64,000 nt of DNA, taken from contig MFVE01000005.1 in the NCBI GenBank assembly GCA_001785985.1, forward strand, positions 16,556-80,555. The letters run 5' to 3'. The translations under genes and the position numbers were made by a program. This DNA comes from Candidatus Nomurabacteria bacterium RIFCSPLOWO2_01_FULL_42_17. Its GTDB lineage: Bacteria > Patescibacteriota > Minisyncoccia > Phycocordibacterales > UBA9973. Positions 40,400 through 49,180 of this stretch are shown here, piece by piece (positions within the stretch are counted from its first letter, which is position 1; every line of letters begins with the position of its first letter). The notes under the pieces are model-generated. The model saw only the letters and a program-made list of their open reading frames with translations. It was not told the DNA's origin and made no database searches.

Positions 40400-40411
40400 T
40401 CCCGTTAGAAA
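40400..40411 (+). promoter_or_regulatory. TCCCGTTAGAAA motif 7 nt upstream of comFC start codon
   Basis: gtgTCCCGTTAGAAAatcagcATGAGTTTT. The same motif abuts the pilB ATGAGTTTT start. Confidence 0.45.
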
Positions 40412-40417
40412 ATCAGC

Positions 40418-41101
40418 ATGAGTTTTTTAAACACTATCTTGAATATAATTTTCCCTTTAAAATGCATAGTCTGCGGGGAAAATGGGAAAGATTTTTGCCT
40501 AGAGTGCCTTTCGGATGCTCCCCCAGCCCAACGTGAAAGCGAAAAGTGGATTTTCCCTATTTATGACTACCGACATCCGCCCATCAAAAAAGCATTGTGG
40601 CTGCTAAAATACAAAGGCAAAAAAAGACTGGCGAATATTTTTGCTGAAGTTCTTTATGAAAAAATCTTGGAAGAATTGGCGGATCTGTCAGTGATGGAAA
40701 ACTTTAAAAATGCCCTTTTGATCCCCATTCCCCTATCGAAGAAGAGGCGTCGAGAGCGCGGATATAACCAGGCCGAATTAATTTGCAAAGAATTAATAAA
40801 GCTGAATCATCTACGCTATAGCGTAGATGGAAAATCAAACTTCAGTTTAGAAAATAATATTTTGATCAAACCAAGAGAGACAGAACACCAAGCGCGCATT
40901 CATAATAGAAAAGAGCGATTGAAAAATATTGTGGGTTCATTTTCCATAAAAAATGTAGAAACAAATGCGAACCTCCTGAAAAATAGAAATATAATTTTGA
41001 TAGACGACATCACCACCACCGGCGCGACTTTAAATGAAGCCAGAAAAACTCTTAAAAATGCCGGCGCACGTAAAATCATCGCCTTCACCATCGCGCATTA
41101 G
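40418..41101 (+). CDS. comFC: Competence protein ComFC (phosphoribosyltransferase-type)
   Basis: N-terminal Cys4 (CIVCG…CLEC) plus a C-terminal PRTase motif (IILIDDITTTGATL). Confidence 0.85.
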   Translation: MSFLNTILNIIFPLKCIVCGENGKDFCLECLSDAPPAQRESEKWIFPIYDYRHPPIKKALWLLKYKGKKRLANIFAEVLYEKILEELADLSVMENFKNALLIPIPLSKKRRRERGYNQAELICKELIKLNHLRYSVDGKSNFSLENNILIKPRETEHQARIHNRKERLKNIVGSFSIKNVETNANLLKNRNIILIDDITTTGATLNEARKTLKNAGARKIIAFTIAH

Positions 41102-41120
41102 GATATGCTAATATTAATCA

Positions 41121-41675
41121 ATGATCGAAATACTGCTGACATATAAATACGCGCTCATCATACCGCTCGCCATCATCGAAGGGCCGATCATTGCCGTGGT
41201 CTGCGGATTTTTGGTAACGCTGAAAGTTTTTAATATTTTTTTAGTTTATCTGGTCATAGTGCTGGGCGATATCGTCGGGGACGGAATATTTTATTACATC
41301 GGGCATTCTGGCAAAAGACTCTTGCGCTATTTTAAAGTAACTGAAGAAAAGATGGAAAAAATAAGAAATTATTTTCATCACAACCACATCAAGGCGATCG
41401 TCATGTCCAAGCTCGTGCATGGCGTCGGATTCACCGGCCTCATCACCGCGGGCGCATCGCACGTGCCGTATAGAAGATATCTAAAAACCTGCGTGATTAT
41501 CTCTATCGTTCAATCAGCGCTGATGCTAGTGATCGGCATATTGTTTGGAAATACTTATGTGGTTATAGGAAAATATTTAAACTACTACGCCGCGGGGGCA
41601 AGTGTGATAGTCTTGTTGATTCTGTTAGTAGTCTTCATCCGGAAATACAAAGTAGGCACAAAAACTACTTTATAA
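41121..41675 (+). CDS. DedA/VTT-family membrane protein
   Basis: Multi-TM protein with a DedA-type motif (…GFTGLITAGASHVPYRRY…). Confidence 0.7.
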   Translation: MIEILLTYKYALIIPLAIIEGPIIAVVCGFLVTLKVFNIFLVYLVIVLGDIVGDGIFYYIGHSGKRLLRYFKVTEEKMEKIRNYFHHNHIKAIVMSKLVHGVGFTGLITAGASHVPYRRYLKTCVIISIVQSALMLVIGILFGNTYVVIGKYLNYYAAGASVIVLLILLVVFIRKYKVGTKTTL

Positions 41676-41686
41676 TACTTTTAATT

Positions 41687-42880
41687 ATGCTTGCGCCAAA
41701 AAATAAATTGAATATCGCGATGGTCTGCGATCCGATCGGCAATAGCAAGGCTGGCGTAGTCGTCTCCACCCTGCGCTTTGGGAAATTATTGAAAGAGCGC
41801 GGACATCATGTCATCTTCATCGGCGCTCGATCTAAAGACCATAGAGAACACAGCGATTATAACGACATAAAAACTTATCGTTATCGCAGCATTCCCCTGC
41901 CGAAATCCGGCGGCTGGACTATGGCTTTCCCCAGAGTCAATGAAATAAAAAAAGTTTTGCAGGAAGAAAAAATCGATGTGGTTCATATAATTCTGCCGAT
42001 GATGGGCGGGCTCGTCGCCATCCTCGCGGCGCGCTCGCTCGGCATTAAGATCGTGGCTCATTCTCACTCCCAACCAGAAAATATTTTCGCGGAGATGCCC
42101 GGATTCATTCGCCCCATGCTTTATGCTCTCTGGAATAAATATCTGGCTTGGATATACAACAAGGCAGAATATATTATTTATCCTTCGGAAATGGCGCGCA
42201 AATTGTTGGAGAAATTGAATAAAAAGGAAAAAAAGACAGCCGTCATCAGCAACGGAATAAATACAGCAGAATTCAAACCTAGCGCAATCGGTGATTTTTA
42301 TAATCGATTCAAGATACCGGATAATTCGACCAAGTTATTATTTGTGGGACGACTGTTCCCAGAAAAATCCATCGACACTTTGATCAAAGCAATACCTTAT
42401 ATTAGACAAAAACACGTAGATACGCATGTGATGATAGTCGGCGCTGGCCATCTGCGAGCAAAGCTGGAAAAGTTGGCGCGGGAGCTGGAAGTCATCCAAC
42501 ATGTGACTTTTTTAGGCTTAGTCAGCGATGAAGATAAAGTCTTGGCCTACAACGCCTGCGACATATTCGTCTTGCCATCGATTGCCGAGCTAGAAGGCAT
42601 GGTAGTCTTGGAGGCGATGGCCTGCGGCAAGCCGATCATTATAGCGGATGCGGAGATGAGCGCGTCTAGATATTTTGTAGATGGCAACGGGTTTTTGTTT
42701 AAAAAGTACAATTATAAAGATCTGGCGGAACAAGCGCTAAAATTGATCCTAGACGCTGATCTGCGCAAAAAGCTGGGTGAAGTTAGTCTAGCGAATAGTA
42801 AAAATTACGATATTCATCAAAGCGTGGCCAAACTGGAAGAAGTCTATTACTCCGCCCTAAAAAACGAAGTGAGCCCCTGA
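41687..42880 (+). CDS. Glycosyltransferase family 4 (GT-B, group 1)
   Basis: 397 aa with a C-terminal GT4 EX7E region (…SIAELEGMVVLEAMACGKPII…). Confidence 0.85.
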   Translation: MLAPKNKLNIAMVCDPIGNSKAGVVVSTLRFGKLLKERGHHVIFIGARSKDHREHSDYNDIKTYRYRSIPLPKSGGWTMAFPRVNEIKKVLQEEKIDVVHIILPMMGGLVAILAARSLGIKIVAHSHSQPENIFAEMPGFIRPMLYALWNKYLAWIYNKAEYIIYPSEMARKLLEKLNKKEKKTAVISNGINTAEFKPSAIGDFYNRFKIPDNSTKLLFVGRLFPEKSIDTLIKAIPYIRQKHVDTHVMIVGAGHLRAKLEKLARELEVIQHVTFLGLVSDEDKVLAYNACDIFVLPSIAELEGMVVLEAMACGKPIIIADAEMSASRYFVDGNGFLFKKYNYKDLAEQALKLILDADLRKKLGEVSLANSKNYDIHQSVAKLEEVYYSALKNEVSP

Positions 42881-43710
42881 TGAAAGAATATCTTCTGAAA
42901 AATGAAATATACTACAGGACGAACGAATTTACCCCGGGCAAACTGACCTTGGTATTCATCCACGGAGTTTCCGGCTCCTCCTCGGCTTGGTGGCCGTATG
43001 AGAAAATATTCGAGAATGAACATCAGAATAAATATAATATTTTGACTTATGATATTCGCGGACATGGAAAATCAAAGAAATTTTTTCATTATTCTGATTA
43101 TCAAATAGAAAAATTCGCAGATGATCTCCATGATCTAGTGCTCCATCTAAACATTCCGAAATTTATTTTAATCAGCAATTCTTTTGGTGGGCTGATCCAT
43201 CTAGAATATCTAAAACTCTGGAGAGAAACTGTCATGGCGAATGTTTTTACTTCGCCGGAGATATATTTATACGAAACCTTCGTTGCAAAAATCATCAGAC
43301 CGGTCCTCAAAGGATTCACATGGATCCGAAGTCTTCTGCCTTTTAACCCCAAACCCCGCGGACATGTAGACTATAGCAAACATCTAAATTCGACCGACTG
43401 GGACATCAAGAGAAATTTGGCAGATATGATGAACACGACCCTGCTCGTGCATTTTTATACTCTTCGGCAATCTTTAATATTAAATCAAAAATACGAACTG
43501 GAAAAAATAAACGTTCCGACTCTGATCATCCATGGAGAAAAAGATTCAATGGTCCCCTTAAAAAAATCGATCAATATGTCGAAGGCAATAAAAGACTCCG
43601 AATTCATCAGCATCCAAAAGATTGATCATAACACCGCTCATAATGCTGTCAAAGAGATGTCAGAAGCGATAGAATCTTTTATTGAAAAGAATCGAAGTAT
43701 GCTAAAATAG
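42880..43710 (+). CDS. Alpha/beta-fold hydrolase
   Basis: LVFIHGVSGSS (oxyanion), nucleophile elbow ISNSFGG, and His near the C-terminus. Confidence 0.75.
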   Translation: MKEYLLKNEIYYRTNEFTPGKLTLVFIHGVSGSSSAWWPYEKIFENEHQNKYNILTYDIRGHGKSKKFFHYSDYQIEKFADDLHDLVLHLNIPKFILISNSFGGLIHLEYLKLWRETVMANVFTSPEIYLYETFVAKIIRPVLKGFTWIRSLLPFNPKPRGHVDYSKHLNSTDWDIKRNLADMMNTTLLVHFYTLRQSLILNQKYELEKINVPTLIIHGEKDSMVPLKKSINMSKAIKDSEFISIQKIDHNTAHNAVKEMSEAIESFIEKNRSMLK

Positions 43711-43714
43711 GCGT

Positions 43715-44353
43715 ATGGAAACTTATAAAAATCTTTTGACCAATAAAAATTTTCTCATATGTTTCTGCGGTGGCGTGATCTTGTTTGTCACGAGCTTGGT
43801 GGTGCAATTTTTTGTCAGCGGTTATGTGAATAGCCTGCCCACCGTGCCTGTGACAGATCTGATATTGAGCAATATCAGAGTCCACGACGTGGGCGGGATT
43901 TTTGTTTATGGATCAGTCTTGCTGTTTTTCTACGGCTTTTTATTGGGATTTAGACATCTCCACTACATGCCATTTGCCTTGAAGAGCGTGGGCCTTTTTA
44001 CTCTGATCCGATCTCTCTTTGTCATCCTCACCCATATCAGCGCTTTCCCGACTCGCATAGCCATCGAATCGCCTTTTTTTAACAATGCTCTTTTCAGCGG
44101 TATTTTCACCGGAAATGATCTCTTTTTCTCCGGACATACCGGACTGCCTTTTCTCTTGGCGCTAATGTTTTGGGAAAAGAAAAATATCAGAATAATTTTC
44201 CTCGGATTTTCTATTCTTTTTGCGATCGTCGTGCTCCTCGGGCATATCCATTATTCCATCGACGTCCTAGCGGCCTATTTCATCACCTACGGCATCTTTC
44301 AAATCTGTAAAGTTTTATTCAAGCAAGAATGGGCATTGTTCTTGAAGAAATAA
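43715..44353 (+). CDS. PAP2-superfamily-like integral membrane protein
   Basis: 5-6 TM segments. Motifs …SGHTG… and …HIHYSIDVLAAY… resemble the PAP2 C2/C3 boxes. Confidence 0.45.
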   Translation: METYKNLLTNKNFLICFCGGVILFVTSLVVQFFVSGYVNSLPTVPVTDLILSNIRVHDVGGIFVYGSVLLFFYGFLLGFRHLHYMPFALKSVGLFTLIRSLFVILTHISAFPTRIAIESPFFNNALFSGIFTGNDLFFSGHTGLPFLLALMFWEKKNIRIIFLGFSILFAIVVLLGHIHYSIDVLAAYFITYGIFQICKVLFKQEWALFLKK

Positions 44354-44556
44354 ATTTACTAGAAAAATTCAGACACCCTTTCTTGGCATACTTTTTATAA
44401 AGCAATCTATCTGGCACAGCTGTGCCAGCGAACTGCTCGTCGATCAAGAAAATAATAGAAAGAGTACTTTCTTTATTTTCTAATCTCCTGCGCAAGGCTT
44501 TCTAAAAAGTACGCCTGCGACGAGTAAGTCTGAATTTTTCTAGATTCTTTGGACTC

Positions 44557-44673
44557 TAGTGCAAGCAAAAGTGTTCTCTAAAATATCGTACGGAGAGGGG
44601 CGGGTCCGAAAGTCTTAGCAAATTTCAAGCCTAAAAATTATGCGGGTATTTTAGAGAATATTTTTGCTGGAAC
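44557..44673. repeat. Left arm of 117-bp inverted repeat bracketing the fibre cassette
   Basis: Reverse complement of 47741-47857 with 2 mismatches over 117 bp. Contains an internal 13-bp inverted repeat (TTCTCTAAAATA…TATTTTAGAGAA). Confidence 0.9.
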
Positions 44674-44676
44674 ATT

Positions 44677-47223
44677 TTAAATTTCTGGAGCGGGTTCTGT
44701 GGATTCAGAGTCCTCAACTACATCAGCCTCTGGTGCAGATGCTTCTTCCGATTCGGGTTCAGGTTCGGGAGTTACTTCAGGAGTAGATTCAGATTCCTCC
44801 GTCTCAGACGGAGGCGTTACCTCTGCATCAGAAACTTCAGAAGTTTCATCAGCCGGCTCGTCCACCGTCTCTTCCGCTACAGGCATTTCTTCATTGCTTT
44901 CTTGCTCAGAAGCCTGCCCTGTACCAGAGCTCTGCTCTTGGTTCGGGGAATTTCCATCATTTCCTAACATAGCATCCAGCTGACTTCTAGTATAGCAAGA
45001 AGTGCCGTTTGCATCTTTCAAACAAACTTCATCTAGAGTGGCCTTTTCTGCAAAGATATTTGTAATCCCATTCCCCACATCCCCCATCCAAGCAGTGAGT
45101 TTGGCATAGACATTGTCAAAGAAAGCAGTGACGAAAGATTGGTTAGATGAGCCTTCGAGCGGAGTGATGGTGCCAGAGATGGCGTTTAGGTTTAGATTGA
45201 GTTCATCTAGTTTGGTATTCGTCGCTTGGAGACCTAGCACCATATAGCCCAGAGTGTTCACAGGGTTCACGATGGTGCCTTTGTAGTGCATGGCCCAGGG
45301 TGCTTCATCTGCCATGACACCGACATATTCTGTGATGGTGTCTCCGGTTCCCATGCCTGGTTTGTAATGGAATTTATATATTTTGGTATTGAGGATTTGA
45401 GTGAGAGCTTCATTTGGATCATCTACTGTGCTAATGACGTCCTTTAATTCACGGGAAGAGGCAGCCGATGCCCAGGAAGTGATGCCGTCTCCTCCTGCAT
45501 CGGTGAGCTGTTGACCAGCAGAGCCTACTGCAGTGGGTAAGGTTAGAGTCCAGGTGCCAGCCGCTGCGGCTGTCTGCATTGTGACTACTCCAGATGTTCC
45601 TCCTGCTAAAGACATAGTACCTGCTCTGGAACCTGCTGTACCTAATGTAAGTAATGCGACCGGAGAATTATTTCCAATTCCGATTACTGCGTCTGTGTCT
45701 ACAGTGGTGCCAGTGGCATTTACGTTTAGGCCAAAAATTGTGTTGCCGATGACGAGCTGGTTGGAAGTTGTAGCCGAGGGAGCGTCAACATCATAACCTA
45801 TGATGAGATTATTAGAACCAGAAGTAATGGCATCACCTGCTCCTAAACCAATCGCAATATTATTATCCCCCGTCGTCACTGCCGTCAGAGCGTTGTATCC
45901 AAAAGCAGAGTTGTCATCTCCGCCGTTTGAGGTGTCAAGAGCGAGAGAACCGAAAGCGGAGTTGCGGGTGCCGGTTGTTTCTGTTGTCAGAACATTATAA
46001 CCAAAAGCAGAGTTATTGTCGGCGGTGGTATTAGCGTCAAGCGCCAAAGCTCCAAAAGCTGCATTTTGAGTGCCGGTTGTGTTGACACCCAAAACGTTAT
46101 AGCCAAAAGCGCTGTTGTTGTTGGCTGTAGTATTGGCACTAAGCGCAAAAGCTCCAACAGCTGTATTTTGAGTGCCAGTGGTGTTAGCATTAAGCGTAAA
46201 TGATCCGAAGGCTGAATTATTGTTGGCGGTGGTATTAGCACTAAGCGCTAAGGATCCAAATGCGGAATTTCTAATTCCAGTAGTATTAGCGCCCAAAACA
46301 TCGGGGCCAAAAGCTGCATTTTGAGTGCCAGTGGTGTTAGCGGTTAAAACATTATACCCAAAGGCAGAGTTTAAACTACCAGTGGTGTTGGCATCAAGTG
46401 CGAAAGATCCAAAGGCCGAGTTTGAACCACCGGTGGTGTTGGATATTAAAGCGTTATACCCGATCGCCACATTATCATCTCCCGTAGTGATAGCTGTGCC
46501 TGCATCAGCACCAACCGCCGTATTTCTTAATCCACTTGCAGCTGTAAGAGAATCAAGTGCGGTGCTTCCAAGAGCAGTGTTGCCATCGCCTGCAGAAGTT
46601 TGAGTAAAACCTGTAAGTGTTGCTCCATTCGGGATGGTGAGAGTTCCAGTGCTGGAGGTGATGGTGAGGCCGTTGATACTTGTAGCTGTGGCAACTCCAA
46701 GAACTGGAGTGACCAATGTCGGAGAAGTAGCTAAAACCAAAACCGTGCCACTGCCTGTGGTCGTCATTTCTCCGAGAACGCCAGCGTTGTTGTAGAGAAC
46801 TCTGCCGGATGTACCGCTGGTAATGGAAGTGGTGCCTACTGTGAGTCCGGTACTTAACGTCGCCCAAGTGAGTACTCCACTCCCATCCGTCTGCAGGTAT
46901 TGGCTAGCAGTACCGTCATCTGTGGGAAGAGTTAGAGTATATGTGCCAGCGATAGCAGCTGGTTGAATGATGATTTCACCAGAGGTACTGCCAGTGAGAG
47001 TGAGAAAATCTGTGGTGACTTCTGCTGCCATAGACTTGGCAAGACTTTGGACGTTGCTGTCGATTGAATTTAATGTTCCATTGAGTTGAGCGTCGAAGAA
47101 AGCTCGGGTGACGAATTGAGAGGGGTTTAGATTATCTGCCCCCCCCCCTCGGTCCTGCTGGACCTTGAATTCCCTGAGGGCCCATTGGTCCCTGGGGTCC
47201 TTGAGGTCCAGCGACGTAAACAA
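44677..47223 (-). CDS. Phage-tail-fibre-like surface protein with Gly/Asn-rich NTTGxxNxAFG repeats and C-terminal intramolecular-chaperone (Peptidase_S74/endosialidase chaperone) domain plus acidic tail. Probably the 3' part of a gene fused to 47132-47443 via a G10 tract.
   Basis: More than 12 tandem repeats (…NTTGTQNAAFG…). Ser-Lys dyad motif SSRELKDVIS…DDPNEALTQILNTKIYKFHYK typical of auto-cleaving tail-spike/fibre chaperone domains. The annotated Met start is probably not real. Confidence 0.75.
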   Translation of the reverse strand: MFTSLDLKDPRDQWALREFKVQQDRGGGADNLNPSQFVTRAFFDAQLNGTLNSIDSNVQSLAKSMAAEVTTDFLTLTGSTSGEIIIQPAAIAGTYTLTLPTDDGTASQYLQTDGSGVLTWATLSTGLTVGTTSITSGTSGRVLYNNAGVLGEMTTTGSGTVLVLATSPTLVTPVLGVATATSINGLTITSSTGTLTIPNGATLTGFTQTSAGDGNTALGSTALDSLTAASGLRNTAVGADAGTAITTGDDNVAIGYNALISNTTGGSNSAFGSFALDANTTGSLNSAFGYNVLTANTTGTQNAAFGPDVLGANTTGIRNSAFGSLALSANTTANNNSAFGSFTLNANTTGTQNTAVGAFALSANTTANNNSAFGYNVLGVNTTGTQNAAFGALALDANTTADNNSAFGYNVLTTETTGTRNSAFGSLALDTSNGGDDNSAFGYNALTAVTTGDNNIAIGLGAGDAITSGSNNLIIGYDVDAPSATTSNQLVIGNTIFGLNVNATGTTVDTDAVIGIGNNSPVALLTLGTAGSRAGTMSLAGGTSGVVTMQTAAAAGTWTLTLPTAVGSAGQQLTDAGGDGITSWASAASSRELKDVISTVDDPNEALTQILNTKIYKFHYKPGMGTGDTITEYVGVMADEAPWAMHYKGTIVNPVNTLGYMVLGLQATNTKLDELNLNLNAISGTITPLEGSSNQSFVTAFFDNVYAKLTAWMGDVGNGITNIFAEKATLDEVCLKDANGTSCYTRSQLDAMLGNDGNSPNQEQSSGTGQASEQESNEEMPVAEETVDEPADETSEVSDAEVTPPSETEESESTPEVTPEPEPESEEASAPEADVVEDSESTEPAPEI

Positions 47224-47443
47224 CAGGCTTTGTTGTGTTAGAGGAAGTGGGAGGTGCAGGAGGCGTAAGAATAGCAGGTGTTGGGACTGTCTTTACATAA
47301 TTCCTGAAGGCAGTGAGAAGCTCTGCGCTAGTAACAGCTTGTACTTTAACCGGAGAGAAGCTAAAAACAGAAAAAACCAAGATAAAAAATCCTAGTAATA
47401 TCTTTACTGACAGAAATTTTTTCCTGAATTCTTTTTGAATCAT
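47132..47443 (-). CDS. Signal-peptide + collagen-like (Gly-X-Y) N-terminal module of the fibre protein; terminates just after a G10 tract (frameshifted relative to 44677-47223)
   Basis: MIQKEFRKKFLSVKILLGFFILVFSVFSF (signal/TM) …GPQGPQGPMGPQGIQGPAGPRGGGR*. One fewer G would fuse it in frame to …ADNLNPSQFVTRAFF… of the fibre ORF. Confidence 0.65.
   Translation of the reverse strand: MIQKEFRKKFLSVKILLGFFILVFSVFSFSPVKVQAVTSAELLTAFRNYVKTVPTPAILTPPAPPTSSNTTKPVVYVAGPQGPQGPMGPQGIQGPAGPRGGGR
47139..47148. repeat. Homopolymeric C10/G10 tract at the junction of the collagen-like and fibre ORFs
   Basis: ctgCCCCCCCCCCtcgg is the longest G/C homopolymer in the window. Its length sets the reading frame between the two ORFs. 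Confidence 0.9.
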
Positions 47444-47446
47444 TTT

Positions 47447-47677
47447 TTATTTCAAGTTTTTTTCTATAATATCTACCCTCGTTTTTAGTTTGTTATAGTC
47501 TTCATATTTGACTTTGTTTAAAGACATATCGTCAAGCCTTCTATTTATCCCTCCAATATGATAAATCAAATTATTTTCAACTCTGGCCATATTTCTACTT
47601 GCTTCTTCAAAACCATTGGCAACCATAATTGCTAATTTATCAACGGTCATTTTTTTATTTTTTACGTCCTTCTTCAT
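47447..47677 (-). CDS. Hypothetical 76-aa protein, first gene of the fibre cassette
   Basis: ORF about 60 nt downstream of the right inverted repeat. Predicted helical/coiled-coil. No recognisable motif. Confidence 0.4.
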   Translation of the reverse strand: MKKDVKNKKMTVDKLAIMVANGFEEASRNMARVENNLIYHIGGINRRLDDMSLNKVKYEDYNKLKTRVDIIEKNLK

Positions 47678-47740
47678 ACAGGCAATTATATCATGGAAGT
47701 GTCATGAAAAGTATAAAAATGTGGATAACCCACACACCTA

Positions 47741-47857
47741 GTTCCAGCAAAAATATTCTCTAAAATACCCGCATAATTTTTAGGCTTGAAATTTGCTAAG
47801 ACTTTCGGACCCGCCCCTCTCCGTACGATATTTTATAGAACATTTTTGCTTGCACTA
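47741..47857. repeat. Right arm of 117-bp inverted repeat bracketing the fibre cassette
   Basis: See 44557-44673. Lies in the 5' leader/promoter region of the cassette operon. Confidence 0.9.
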
Positions 47858-47878
47858 GTCTGCGACGAGTTTGTAATT

Positions 47879-49084
47879 TTACCCCCACAAGTCCCAAATC
47901 ATTCCAGCAATATTTCTAGGCTTGCCTTCGAGAGCATAGTAATGCAGATCGATAAAAGGCAGGGTGTTGCATTCAATGATGCCCCATTTCTGAGAGGATT
48001 CTTCTTTGGTCGGATCAGGAATGATGCAATCAAATCCCACTACAGGCAGGCTCACTATTTTCTCCGCTTTTTCTAAAATAGGAATGAAGCTCGGGTGCAG
48101 ATCATCTATCATCTCGACAGTTTTGCCCCCAAAAAGTCTGCCGATCCTGTGCGTCAAAGACAGAGATACCCCTTGCGGTAAAATATCATCAAGCTTAAAT
48201 CCCGAGCGCAAAATATGATCGCATAATTCTTTTGAAATACGTATCGGTTCGACCCGGCTGTGACGATTTTTATCTTTTTCAATAATGAGCTCTCGGATTG
48301 TTTTCTTGCCATCCCCTACTAGAGTCGGAGCATGCCCTCGATAAAATCCAGCGAGAACTCCCCCCACAAAGGTCGCTCGACAGACACTGCCCTGCAAATG
48401 CTCTTCGACGATCAAACAAGGACAGATCGCTCCGGCTATCCGCAACCCTTCTTGAAACTGCTCTAAGGTATGAATATTAGTGACAGTATGTCTGCCCCGA
48501 GAGCCCACCCGCGGTTTGACGATTATGGGTTTTTGAAGCTTGGAAAATATTTCTCTGATAGTTTTACTTTTATTTTTCGGACTGAAAAAATTAAAATCAA
48601 AATAAGCTGGGATTGGGAGATTGTGCTTCTTAAATTCTCGCTTCATGATGACTTTATCATCCCAATTTACTCGCATCTCGGGAGATTCCGGCCTGGTCGG
48701 GATACTTTCAAAATAAATATTCCGGCCGTTTAATCTAGCGCGATAAAAATCTAAGGGTTTATTTAAAAATATCACTTGTTCCATCAGGATTCCCCTCTTT
48801 TTCGCTTCTTCCCAGATGATCCTAGAACGGAAACTGGCCGAACGCTCTATATCCGGAGAAAATTTAGCGAGTTTGAAAAAAGCGAAAGTTCTAAATAAAA
48901 ATTTGGGAAAGGAATCGGCAAAATCTTTTACAAAAAATGGAACGTATTTTATAAACTTTTTCAAATAATTATCTAAGGTGACGGAAACCACGCTCTCCAA
49001 AGCAGAAAGAGCGTGGTTGATCGGAGCATCAGCGCAATACGAACAAGAGCCTTCTTTGATATGAGGTTCAGAGACTGACAACAC
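47879..49084 (-). CDS. ATP-grasp-fold protein (RimK/cyanophycin-synthetase-like ligase)
   Basis: 401 aa whose central region (…IIVKPRVGSRGRHVT…LIVEEHLQGS…) matches an ATP-grasp nucleotide-binding pattern. Confidence 0.5.
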   Translation of the reverse strand: MLSVSEPHIKEGSCSYCADAPINHALSALESVVSVTLDNYLKKFIKYVPFFVKDFADSFPKFLFRTFAFFKLAKFSPDIERSASFRSRIIWEEAKKRGILMEQVIFLNKPLDFYRARLNGRNIYFESIPTRPESPEMRVNWDDKVIMKREFKKHNLPIPAYFDFNFFSPKNKSKTIREIFSKLQKPIIVKPRVGSRGRHTVTNIHTLEQFQEGLRIAGAICPCLIVEEHLQGSVCRATFVGGVLAGFYRGHAPTLVGDGKKTIRELIIEKDKNRHSRVEPIRISKELCDHILRSGFKLDDILPQGVSLSLTHRIGRLFGGKTVEMIDDLHPSFIPILEKAEKIVSLPVVGFDCIIPDPTKEESSQKWGIIECNTLPFIDLHYYALEGKPRNIAGMIWDLWG

Positions 49085-49180
49085 TTTTTAATGATCTCCT
49101 TTAATCATAAAATTAAGTTCTAAAAAATTTCTAATAACCGACCAGAATATTATAACAATAAGCGAAGAGCATAAGCAAAT

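Noticed and set aside
44699-44983. 94-aa Ser/Gly/Asp-rich plus-strand ORF
   Set aside because: It is antisense to the acidic C-terminal tail of the fibre protein. Its low-complexity composition simply mirrors the opposite strand.
46553-46867. 104-aa His/Trp/Arg-rich minus-strand ORF and other ORFs inside the fibre gene (45533-46603)
   Set aside because: They are alternative frames of the Gly-codon-rich repeat region (GGN/NGG periodicity creates long spurious ORFs in all frames). The fibre frame has the domain logic.
47223-47224. N-terminal 28 aa of the 848-aa ORF (MFTSLDLKDPRDQWALREFKVQQDRGGG)
   Set aside because: This stretch sits upstream of the G10 tract in the fibre frame and overlaps the collagen-like ORF. 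It is most likely out-of-frame read-through, not the real N-terminus. The real gene is probably the collagen-like ORF fused through the tract.
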